24,111 nt of DNA, from positions 1 through 24,111 of the forward strand of contig JBGSIV010000176.1 of NCBI GenBank assembly GCA_041742355.1, read 5' to 3'. This DNA is from Candidatus Zixiibacteriota bacterium (GTDB lineage Bacteria > Zixibacteria > MSB-5A5 > GN15 > FEB-12). The notes under the pieces are model-generated. The model saw only the letters and a list, made by a program, of their open reading frames with translations, did not search any database and was not told the DNA's origin. A program made the translations under genes and the position numbers. Shown piece after piece: positions 8,623 through 16,510 of the stretch (its first letter is position 1; each line of letters starts with the position of its first letter).

Positions 8623-10638
8623 TCAGGCCGGTTCGGCCGGATCCGAGGCCTCCCCCAGTGTGAAGAAGAAGGTGGCGCCCTCATCGGCCCTGCCCTCGGC
8701 CCAGATCTGTCCGCCGTGCCGTTCTGTTATACGTTTCACGAGCGGCAGGCCGATGCCCAGCCCGGGAAATCGCTCCGCGTGGTGGAGCCGCTGGAAGTAC
8801 AGGAAGAGCCGGTCGGCGTAAGTGGGATCGAACCCCGCGCCGTTGTCACGGACGAAGTACACGGTGCGGCCGCGCTGCCGCATGACGCCGAACTCCACCG
8901 TGGCGCGCTCCCGCTCGGAGGTGAACTTCCAGGCGTTGCCGAGAAGGTTATCCAGGACGACCTCCAGCAACTGCGGATCGCAGGACGCGAAGGCATTGTC
9001 GGCGATGACGCAGTCGATTATGCGGTCGGGATTCTGGTGACGCAGGCGGGCGACGACGTGGCGGGCCAGCTCGCTGATATCGGTGTCCATCCAGTGGAGA
9101 TCGACGCGGGAGACGCGGGAGAGACGCAGGAGGGCCTCGATGAGCTGGCGCATGTGGTCGGCGGCATCATGGATGCGGCGGAGGTAGTCGCGGCCGATGT
9201 CGTCGAATTTCGCCGCGTAGTCATCCTGAAGGGCGTGGGCGAAGCCGTCGATAGTGCGCAGGGGCGCGCGCAGGTCGTGGGAGACGGAGTAGCTGAAGGC
9301 CTCGAGTTCGCGATTGGCCCGTTCGAGCTCCTCGGTGCGGCGGCGCAGACTGTCATTCACGAGTTCCAGTTCGCTCTGGTAGCGCCGCTTCTGCGTGAAG
9401 TCGCGGGCGATAATGGATATGCTGGAGACCTGCCCGTTAGGCCCGAAGATGGGCGAGAAAGTGAGGGAGACGTCGAGCAGGGTGCCGTCGCGCCGGCGGC
9501 GCACAGTCTCGTACTGCTCGATCCGCTGCCCCCGACGGAGCTGTTCGATCAGTTCCTGAAGCTCATCCCGATACTCTTCCGGAACAATAAGGGAAATGTG
9601 GCGACCGATGACCTCCGTGGGAAGGTAGCCATACATCAGCTCCGCCCCCCGGTTCCAGCTCTGGATGAAGCCGTCGATAGTGAGGCCGACGATGGCGTCG
9701 TTGGAACCCTCGACAATGGTGGCCAGATAGCCGAGTTCCTCGCGAAGACGTTTCTGGTCGGTGATGTCGCGGCCGATGGCGCCGCCGGCGACAATCCGTC
9801 CGTCATCGTCGCGGATCGGCGTGATCGTAACGGAGATGTCGATCAGGCGGCCGTCTTTGCGCCGGCGGATCGTCTCGTGCTGGAGGATGGACTGGCCGCT
9901 CCGCAAGCGGGCCATGAGTTCTTCGAGCTCGGCCAGGCGAGACTCGGGAACGATGAAACTGATGTGCCGGCCGATCGCCTCTTCGGGAGTGTAGCCGAAG
10001 ATGCGCTCCGCGCCGTGGTTCCAGGTCTGAACGATGCCGTCGACATCCTTGCGGAAAATGGCCTCGTCGGATGCTTCGACGATAGTGGCGAGGTGGCGAC
10101 GGGCGAGTTCCGCGTCCTTGCGGTCGGTGACGTTCTCGAAGGTGAGGAGCAGGCAGGTGGTGGACTGGAGCCGGCCGGCCATGCGCCGGGCTTGCAGGCT
10201 GAGGTTGCGCCGGCCAATCCCCGGGAGGGATCGTTCGATCTCAATCCGATCCGATGGGCGTCCCTGCGCGGCGGCCGCGAGGTGGTTCTTCAGTGCGGCA
10301 TCCTGCCACAGACCGCGGGCGATCTGGTCGAAAGGGAGCCCGATAATGGGGGAGTCGTCCTGGTGACAGAACTGGTAGTAGGCCCGGTTCGCCCAGAGGA
10401 CGCACAGGTCGCAGTCAAGGACCACCAGGGGGATCTCGACCGCCTGTACAGTCTCGGCGGCAAGGTAAAGGAGGTTATCGGGGAGATCCTCCGACGCTAC
10501 GGCGGGCGGCTCGTTGAGCAACTCCTGGAGCTGTCGGAGGGTGGTTTCGGGCGGCTGCTTCTCGTTCCGGGCAATTAACTGCAGGACGCGGCGCTGAAGT
10601 TCGGCGCAGGCGGCCACATCGCTTCCATGCTCATTCAT
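8623..10638 (-). CDS. Cytoplasmic sensor histidine kinase with three PAS domains
   Basis: Two PAS domains with WN.GAE..(F/Y)GY...E.IGRHIS plus an N-terminal PAS. H-box ELEAFSYSVSHDLRAPLR, N-box NLLGNAWKFT, VRDNGAGFD, LF..FQRLH, GLGIGL. No transmembrane segment seen. Start is 10638 or 10683. Confidence 0.93.
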   Translation of the reverse strand: MNEHGSDVAACAELQRRVLQLIARNEKQPPETTLRQLQELLNEPPAVASEDLPDNLLYLAAETVQAVEIPLVVLDCDLCVLWANRAYYQFCHQDDSPIIGLPFDQIARGLWQDAALKNHLAAAAQGRPSDRIEIERSLPGIGRRNLSLQARRMAGRLQSTTCLLLTFENVTDRKDAELARRHLATIVEASDEAIFRKDVDGIVQTWNHGAERIFGYTPEEAIGRHISFIVPESRLAELEELMARLRSGQSILQHETIRRRKDGRLIDISVTITPIRDDDGRIVAGGAIGRDITDQKRLREELGYLATIVEGSNDAIVGLTIDGFIQSWNRGAELMYGYLPTEVIGRHISLIVPEEYRDELQELIEQLRRGQRIEQYETVRRRRDGTLLDVSLTFSPIFGPNGQVSSISIIARDFTQKRRYQSELELVNDSLRRRTEELERANRELEAFSYSVSHDLRAPLRTIDGFAHALQDDYAAKFDDIGRDYLRRIHDAADHMRQLIEALLRLSRVSRVDLHWMDTDISELARHVVARLRHQNPDRIIDCVIADNAFASCDPQLLEVVLDNLLGNAWKFTSERERATVEFGVMRQRGRTVYFVRDNGAGFDPTYADRLFLYFQRLHHAERFPGLGIGLPLVKRITERHGGQIWAEGRADEGATFFFTLGEASDPAEPA

Positions 10639-11357
10639 TCTCGGTTCCCGTGTTGACCGCACTCGGCGGCCGTGGCGATCCATGTTTGTGTCAGGTTATA
10701 CACGGACGCAACGGGCCGGCCCGCCGCGCGGCGTGCGTGAGCAGTACCCGTCCGGCGGGTGTGCAAGCAGAGGTGAGGTTCATTCGCGCGATCGGGTGCG
10801 CCTGGCATCGGACGAATTCACTCGGGGGAGCAGGGGAGGGGCAGGTGCGGCAATTGAAAATGGACCGTTTTTATACATTCTCGTCCGGAGGCCGGCGAGA
10901 ACCCGGTACGCTGCCGCTGGAGATGTCGAAAGTGGAACCGCCCGATGATTCGGTTATGTTGCAATCTACAGGGGGAGATGCGGTAACGCAAACGAAAAGT
11001 GAAGTGCGGCGACTGCCGGATGGGAGTTCATATGGAATATTGGCCCACAATTGGTTGTTGGGTCCCCAGGGGGGAGGTTTCGCGGGCGTACCGAGGACCG
11101 CGTAGTTTTGTTACGCGATCCCTACCGGATCATGCCGCGTTGACTAACAGGGACTTATGCGGTTCATTGGGGTATCAAAACTGAACGAATTGGGAAACAC
11201 GTCGGGAAAGGGTTAACGGGCAATGCACCGGGCCGGCCAAGACGAGAACAGAAAACAAATCGCGTTCGGGAGAGCGGGAGTAGGGATGAACAACAACATC
11301 TCTTGGTCCTGGCTCTGCGGAATACGAAGGGAATCGTAAAACCTCCAGGAGGCTACC

Positions 11358-11723
11358 GTGGAGATCACCAACATTCAGATTCGTTTGCGGAACGAGGACA
11401 AGCTGAAGGGGTTTGTCAACGTCACATTTGATGATTGCTTCGTCGTTCGGGGCTGCAAGATCATTCAGGGGAACAAGGGTTACTTCGTCTCCATGCCCTC
11501 GCAGAAGCAGGACGACGGCACCCACCGCGACATCGCGCATCCGATCAATCCGGAAATGCGGCAGGTTATTGAGGATCGCGTGCTCAAGGCGTATGTGACC
11601 GAACTGCGTTCCCGCGGTATGCTGCAGCCGGGAGCCCAGGGCTCGACCGCACCGCATCAGGGCGGCCCGGGTGAAACGCCCGGTGGTCCGGGGCAGGGTG
11701 GATTTCGTCCGATGGGCAGCTGA
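11358..11723 (+). CDS. spoVG: SpoVG-family nucleic-acid-binding protein with a Gly/Pro-rich C-terminal tail
   Basis: MEITNIQI...KLKGFVNVTFDDCFVVRGCKIIQGNKGYFVSMPS....DGTHRDIAHPINPEMR..IE..VL.AY. AGGAGG RBS before the GTG. Confidence 0.93.
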   Translation: MEITNIQIRLRNEDKLKGFVNVTFDDCFVVRGCKIIQGNKGYFVSMPSQKQDDGTHRDIAHPINPEMRQVIEDRVLKAYVTELRSRGMLQPGAQGSTAPHQGGPGETPGGPGQGGFRPMGS

Positions 11724-11860
11724 GGACAGGCTGAGAAGCCGGAAAGTGTAGTTGGCATATGAACGATGCACGGACAGACATAGGGACCCGCGGGTGGGAG
11801 AAGCCCGCGGGAGGCCGAGTCGGGGTGCTGTATGACCTCCCGGCGCAGCAGGTGGGGACC

Positions 11861-12091
11861 ATGAACAGGAACACCCCGCTGGCACAGGTGACCTCGGTGA
11901 AAGACGCGTTGGATCGCGTCAGTCGGGCGACCGACGAGTTGTCTCTGCCGGTGTATGAGCCGGAATCGCTCAAGACAGGGATCATGCCGTACCCGAACGT
12001 GCGCATGCCTCTGCCCGGCGGGGCGCGGGATGTCCTGATTATCCCGGGCCGGCCGTACCCCCGGTTCAGATTCCCCTACGGCGGGAGATAA
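11861..12091 (+). CDS. Hypothetical small Pro-rich protein (start uncertain: 11759 or 11861)
   Basis: Fills the gap between spoVG and the PRC gene and ends 6 nt before the next start. GGGGA precedes ATG11861. No recognisable motif. Confidence 0.4.
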   Translation: MNRNTPLAQVTSVKDALDRVSRATDELSLPVYEPESLKTGIMPYPNVRMPLPGGARDVLIIPGRPYPRFRFPYGGR

Positions 12092-12097
12092 GCGCCG

Positions 12098-12847
12098 GTG
12101 TTGCAGAGCCTGAGCGTCATCCGGGGCATACGGGTGGCCGCAAAAGATGGAAATCTCGGGCGAGTACACGATGTTCTCTTTGACGCCGGGATCTGGGCCG
12201 TCCGCTATATCGAGGTGGTGACGCAGCTGGATGTCGATGAGGACCGACGGCTGTTGTTGCCCGCCGGCGAGATCCGGCAGGCGGATTGGGAGCACGGAGC
12301 TATCCGGTTCGACCTGACCCGCGAGCAGGCGGCGCAGAGCCCCCGACTGGAGGATGACAAGCCGGTATCGCGCCAGGAGGAGGAGCGGCTGCACTCGTTC
12401 TTCGGCTGGCAGCCATACTGGACCGACTCCGATCTGCCGGGCGGCACCGAGATGCCGACCCCGCAGGGGGACGAGATGACCGGCGATCGACAGGCCGAGT
12501 CCATCCCGGATGAACGGCTTCCGGTGGGAGACCCGAATCTGTACGCCGCGCTGGACGTGATCGATTATCAGCTCGAGGCCGACGGCGGCTTGGCCGGGAA
12601 AGTCAACGATCTGATTGTCGACGACGAGACGTGGATGGTTCGTTACCTCGTCGTCGACTTGGGGGATGAAGCCGAGGGAAAGCAGGTGCTACTGGCAACC
12701 CAGCTCGTCGACCGGGTCAGCTACGATACCTTCAGCGTCTATGCCGATGTATCGGCCGACGCAGTCAAAGAAGGCCCGGAGTTCGATCCCGCGACTCCGA
12801 TCGACGCCGAGTTCGAAGAGCACCTGCAGGACTACTTCGGCTACTGA
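12098..12847 (+). CDS. Double PRC-barrel domain protein
   Basis: G..V.AKDG.LGRVHDVLFD..IWAVRYI, linker SP.L.DDKPVSRQEEERLHSFFGWQPYW, GDPNL, second barrel G..GKVNDLIVDDETWMVRYLVVDLG, and E..L.DYFGY end. Confidence 0.9.
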   Translation: MLQSLSVIRGIRVAAKDGNLGRVHDVLFDAGIWAVRYIEVVTQLDVDEDRRLLLPAGEIRQADWEHGAIRFDLTREQAAQSPRLEDDKPVSRQEEERLHSFFGWQPYWTDSDLPGGTEMPTPQGDEMTGDRQAESIPDERLPVGDPNLYAALDVIDYQLEADGGLAGKVNDLIVDDETWMVRYLVVDLGDEAEGKQVLLATQLVDRVSYDTFSVYADVSADAVKEGPEFDPATPIDAEFEEHLQDYFGY

Positions 12848-13272
12848 GGTTCGAAAACGATGGGGCGAAAAAAACGCGGCTGACCGCGGCGGTCTCCATC
12901 GAACAAACGCTACCGGGATTGCTGCAGCAGATACAACAGGACAGGGCACCGCACCGCGCTTTTCACCAAGCACCTCGCTTACACTGCTATCACCTGACAC
13001 CAGGAAACCATCCGCCGGCGCGACGAATGTATTGTCGAGGTCGGGAGTCGAATCGCGCACCGCGCCACTGTTCGGGCCGGCCGGTGCGGCGAAGAAGAAG
13101 GTATTTGATGCAGTTGCTGAGATTACAGCAGGGATCGACGACAGCCGCCCGACCGCGGGGATTCGGCGCCACAGCCGAACCTCACTCCCGCGGCGGTTTG
13201 GGGAGAGGTCTCGTGCGGGCACCAGAGGCAAACGACGGGATGGAACGGCGCCAGGCAAGGAGAAAGCGGCGA

Positions 13273-13527
13273 ATGCTGAGAAGTGTCAGAGATTTGATGG
13301 AGTGCCGGGTAATGACGACCAACGGATCGGTCGGCAAGGTTCGCGACTTATTCTTTGATGATAGAACCGGAAAGATCACCTTTCTCGTCGCCGGCAAGGG
13401 GAATATCGGCGAGGAGGAGAGCGTTATGATCCCGTTGCCCGCGGTGTCGGGATCCGATCTGGACAACAGGCAGATCAGACTGCAGGACGAACTCGAGGGG
13501 ATTCTCACCCGACGGTTTTCGGGGTAA
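13273..13527 (+). CDS. Single PRC-barrel domain protein (84 aa)
   Basis: MLRSVRDLMECRVMTTNGSVGKVRDLFFDDRTGKITFLV. AAGGAG RBS at 13257-13262. The longer track start at 12919 adds a low-complexity segment. Confidence 0.75.
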   Translation: MLRSVRDLMECRVMTTNGSVGKVRDLFFDDRTGKITFLVAGKGNIGEEESVMIPLPAVSGSDLDNRQIRLQDELEGILTRRFSG

Positions 13528-13574
13528 CCGCGAGGCCGCGACGTCGGGCTTCAGCCATCAGGAGGTTTCAAGAA

Positions 13575-14258
13575 GTGCAGCAGAGTCTTCAGGCGATACG
13601 AGGATACAGTCTCCGTGCCGAGGGCCGGGAATTCGGTGAGGTGGTCGACTTTCTGGTCGACAGTCAGACTTGGAGCGTGCGGTACCTCGTGGCGAAAACG
13701 CGGCGGCTGCTGCCCGGGCGGGAAGTGGCCATCGCGGTCTCCGAGGCGGCGGCGCCGGATTGGCGACGGCTGCATGTCCCCCTTGCGCTGAACAAGACTG
13801 AAGTGAAGCGCAGCCTGGGCGCAACACAGGCGGAGCGCGGCGCACGCCCCCAGGTCAGGGTGATCGGACCGGCTGAGGCGGTGGCCGAAGCGGCGGCGCA
13901 AAATCGTGATGATGATCACCTGCACCGGTTCGGCGCGCTGAAGGACATCCATCTGATCTCGACCACCGAGGGTTCCCTCGGCCGGGTGGTTGACTTGCTG
14001 GTCGATGACCAGACGTGGGCAATACGCTCCCTGGTGATCGAACTGGATTGCCTGGGTCGGCGGCGGGTTACGGTAGGGGTCGAGTGGATCGACGAGATGG
14101 CCGGCTCGGGGAGAATATACATCACCCGGCTCGGTACGGCGGCGGTTGCCGCGGTGTCGGCAGGTGTCGTCTTCGCGATCATAGGAAATGATACCGATGA
14201 CAGGCCTTTTGATGCGCTCTACGACCAGGATGGTCGGTCGCGCACGTGGATACGGTAG
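13575..14258 (+). CDS. Double PRC-barrel domain protein (divergent paralog)
   Basis: QSLQAIRGYSLRAEGREFGEVVDFLVDSQTWSVRYLV and EGSLGRVVDLLVDDQTWAIRSLV. AGGAGGT RBS. Confidence 0.85.
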   Translation: MQQSLQAIRGYSLRAEGREFGEVVDFLVDSQTWSVRYLVAKTRRLLPGREVAIAVSEAAAPDWRRLHVPLALNKTEVKRSLGATQAERGARPQVRVIGPAEAVAEAAAQNRDDDHLHRFGALKDIHLISTTEGSLGRVVDLLVDDQTWAIRSLVIELDCLGRRRVTVGVEWIDEMAGSGRIYITRLGTAAVAAVSAGVVFAIIGNDTDDRPFDALYDQDGRSRTWIR

Positions 14259-14335
14259 GCGGCAGGTAGATATGAACCAGACACGGAACGTCTGCTGAAG
14301 TGACTACCGACATTCGGAGCGGAGGAGGAGCAGAA

Positions 14336-14998
14336 ATGATCTCAGACGAAATGGATACCCGGCGCCGGTTCAAGCAGCAGATTGCCCCGTTGCTTCCGCC
14401 GCTGGCCCAAACGGTGCGTTTCCTCGTGGCGGATGAGCGGGCTGCCGACGGTGTGCTGCGGGAAACCGTGCAGGGCGCGTACCAGAGCTACCAGGGGGAC
14501 CTTCAGGATGGGGAGTTTCGGCGCTGGATATTCGAGCGGACGATAGACGATCTGGCGCGGCACAATACGGAGCGGTACCTGCGCGGGGCGGTCGACGTAC
14601 AGAAGGAACTCGGGAGCGTTACCCTGGAGGCCGGCTACGGCGGCCCCGAGGATGCCGAGTCTCTGCGGGATCTGCGCCGCCGCGTGCGGCTGGACATCAA
14701 GCCGGGCGATATCCAGGAAGCGGCCGAGTCGCTGCCGTACCCGGTGCGGACGGTGATGGCGCTGTCGTTAGCGGCGGAGTTTTCGCACGAAGAGATGGCG
14801 CCGGTGCTCAAGGTGCCGGTGTCGGTCGTACGGGAGCGGCTGAACGAGGGACGTCAGCTTATGCGGACAGCGCTGTGCGAGCGACTGTCGGAACGCCGGT
14901 CGCAGCGGGTGCAGCCGGATCAGCAGGAGACGGGGGATCGGCGCAAGGGAAGGCGCGATTATACCAGGCCCGAACCGGGCCCGCCGGATCGCCGCTGA
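14336..14998 (+). CDS. ECF (sigma-70 group 4)-like protein, degenerate
   Basis: Region 2-like F...IAPLLP.L......L......AD.VL.ET...AY........F..WIF. Region 4-like IQEA.ESLP...RTVM.L.....FSHEEMA.VLKVPVSVVRERL.EGR..MR..L. GGAGGAGGAG RBS before ATG14336. Confidence 0.75.
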   Translation: MISDEMDTRRRFKQQIAPLLPPLAQTVRFLVADERAADGVLRETVQGAYQSYQGDLQDGEFRRWIFERTIDDLARHNTERYLRGAVDVQKELGSVTLEAGYGGPEDAESLRDLRRRVRLDIKPGDIQEAAESLPYPVRTVMALSLAAEFSHEEMAPVLKVPVSVVRERLNEGRQLMRTALCERLSERRSQRVQPDQQETGDRRKGRRDYTRPEPGPPDRR

Positions 14999-15059
14999 TC
15001 CGGACGGACCTGTGCGGCCATTTCATACGATCGATATGGAAATCGAAAGGAGTACTTGA

Positions 15060-15488
15060 ATGGCTCAGGTAAGAGACGTGATGACCAGAGACCTGCAGAT
15101 GATTCGTCCCGATTCCTCAATCGATAAAGCAGCCATGGAAATGAAGAACAACGATATCGGCGCCCTTCCCGTGGTCGAGAACGACCGCGTGGTGGGCATG
15201 CTGACTGACCGCGATATCGCGATCCGGGTCGTGGCCGAGGGGAACGACCCGAAGAAGGTGACCGTGCGCGATGTCATGACGCAGGATGTGCAGACGGTCT
15301 ATGATGATTCCAATATCTCGGATGTGACGCGGCTGATGAAGGATCAGCAGATCCGCCGGGTTGTCGTCGTGACCCGCGACAACCGGCCGGCCGGTGTCTG
15401 CTCGCTGGTGGATCTGGCGATGTCGCTGGATGAAACCACCACGGGGGAAGTGATGAAAGGGATGTCCTTGAAGGGCAAAAAGCACTGA
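15060..15488 (+). CDS. Stand-alone CBS-pair protein (Hrp1/YhcV-like)
   Basis: VRDVMT, AA..MK.NDIGALPVVENDRVVGMLTDRDIAIRVVAEG.DP....VRDVMT, M...QIRRV.V. AAAGGAG RBS. Confidence 0.93.
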   Translation: MAQVRDVMTRDLQMIRPDSSIDKAAMEMKNNDIGALPVVENDRVVGMLTDRDIAIRVVAEGNDPKKVTVRDVMTQDVQTVYDDSNISDVTRLMKDQQIRRVVVVTRDNRPAGVCSLVDLAMSLDETTTGEVMKGMSLKGKKH

Positions 15489-15507
15489 CACCTCTCATTT
15501 CCGGACT

Positions 15508-15546
15508 ACACGGGGTGGAGCGCCTGTCTCCCCCCGTGTTTTTTTT
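15508..15546 (+). terminator. Intrinsic terminator after the CBS gene
   Basis: ACACGGGG(T)GGAG-cgcctgt-CTCCCCCCGTGT followed by a T run. Confidence 0.85.
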
Positions 15547-15636
15547 GCCCGGTTCTGAACCCGAACGGGCGGCACTTTCTGGTGGCGGAGCGGAAAAGAG
15601 GCAAAACCAGAGGCGCGATGTGTCGATACTGTAGAC

Positions 15637-16428
15637 ATGTCGCGTCCGCTGTCAAAATGGGGATGGCTGCCGCTCGGGGTGTTCGTCGCCGTCATGGCCA
15701 CCCTGCTGCAATTCGATCCCGCCGATTCGGGCGAGCGCTATGCCCGGCCCCACTCCGAGATTCCCTGCTCGGAGTGCCACACGATGACCGCCGAGCTTGA
15801 CGACGGCGGGCTGGCGGGGATGGACCTGGGGCGGCAGTGCCGCAGCTGTCACGAAGCTGCACTGGCTCAGGACACCGACCTCGGGCTGACCTTCCACGGA
15901 GACGGAAAACGCGGCTGCACCGAGTGCCACTCGTTCCACCAGCTGGACCGCGTTTCGGCGCTGGGGCGCGAGTTCCTGTTCGCCTACGGCAACCAGCGGT
16001 TGCGGTCGCAGTGTTTCGCCTGCCACAGCCGGCGCGAGAACCTCGCGGGCCTGTCCGAGGGACACGTGGCGGCCGCCCGGCTCTTCCACAGCGACTTCAA
16101 ATACCTCTCGGGGCTCTCGGCCTCGCAGGCATGCCTCATCTGCCATTCGGAAAACCCGGCGCTCACGGCAGAAATGTCGGGCGGGACGGGGACGCCGCTC
16201 ACGCCGCGATTTGACCCGCACGGGAGCCATCCGACTGGAGTTCGCGTGGTGACCGGCGGCGGCGAACCGGGGAACAGAATCCGCCCCACGATCGACCGGC
16301 GGCTGCGCCTGGTGGACGGTCGGATCGAATGCGTGACGTGCCATTCTCTCTCGGCCCAGACCCAGTACCGGCTGGCCGGCTTTACGGACCGGACCGAGTT
16401 GTGCCGGGGCTGCCACGATCTGGACTAG
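15637..16428 (+). CDS. Heptaheme c-type cytochrome with N-terminal signal/anchor
   Basis: CSECH, CRSCH, CTECH, CFACH, CLICH, CVTCH, CRGCH. SHPTGV and L.LVDGRIECVTCH are typical of small periplasmic multiheme cytochromes. Hydrophobic N-terminus. Confidence 0.9.
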   Translation: MSRPLSKWGWLPLGVFVAVMATLLQFDPADSGERYARPHSEIPCSECHTMTAELDDGGLAGMDLGRQCRSCHEAALAQDTDLGLTFHGDGKRGCTECHSFHQLDRVSALGREFLFAYGNQRLRSQCFACHSRRENLAGLSEGHVAAARLFHSDFKYLSGLSASQACLICHSENPALTAEMSGGTGTPLTPRFDPHGSHPTGVRVVTGGGEPGNRIRPTIDRRLRLVDGRIECVTCHSLSAQTQYRLAGFTDRTELCRGCHDLD

Positions 16429-16440
16429 ACCTCCCAAATA

Positions 16441-16472
16441 GAAAAAAAGAAAGGGAGCCGCAGCTCCCTTTC
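16441..16472 (-). terminator. Intrinsic terminator of the minus-strand cytochrome pair
   Basis: GAAAGGGAGC-cgca-GCTCCCTTTC perfect stem. A7 on the + strand gives the U tail on the - strand. Confidence 0.88.
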
Positions 16473-16510
16473 CCAAAGTTCGATTCGCCGACTCCGCCGC
16501 GATGGCGCGA

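Noticed and set aside
8716..10578. 620-aa plus-strand ORF (also 7246-8571, 2392-3552, 372-1334, 22028-23263 and similar)
   Set aside because: Antisense shadows of well-supported genes in GC-rich DNA, with no motifs.
11040..11180. Sigma54-like (TGGCCC..TTGG) and SigB-like (GGGTAT) promoter matches
   Set aside because: Spacing or the partner element is wrong (GG-N9-GG rather than GG-N10-GC; no good GTTT -35).
10650..11184. Short ORFs in the kinase-spoVG intergenic region
   Set aside because: No motifs or convincing RBS. More likely a divergent promoter region.
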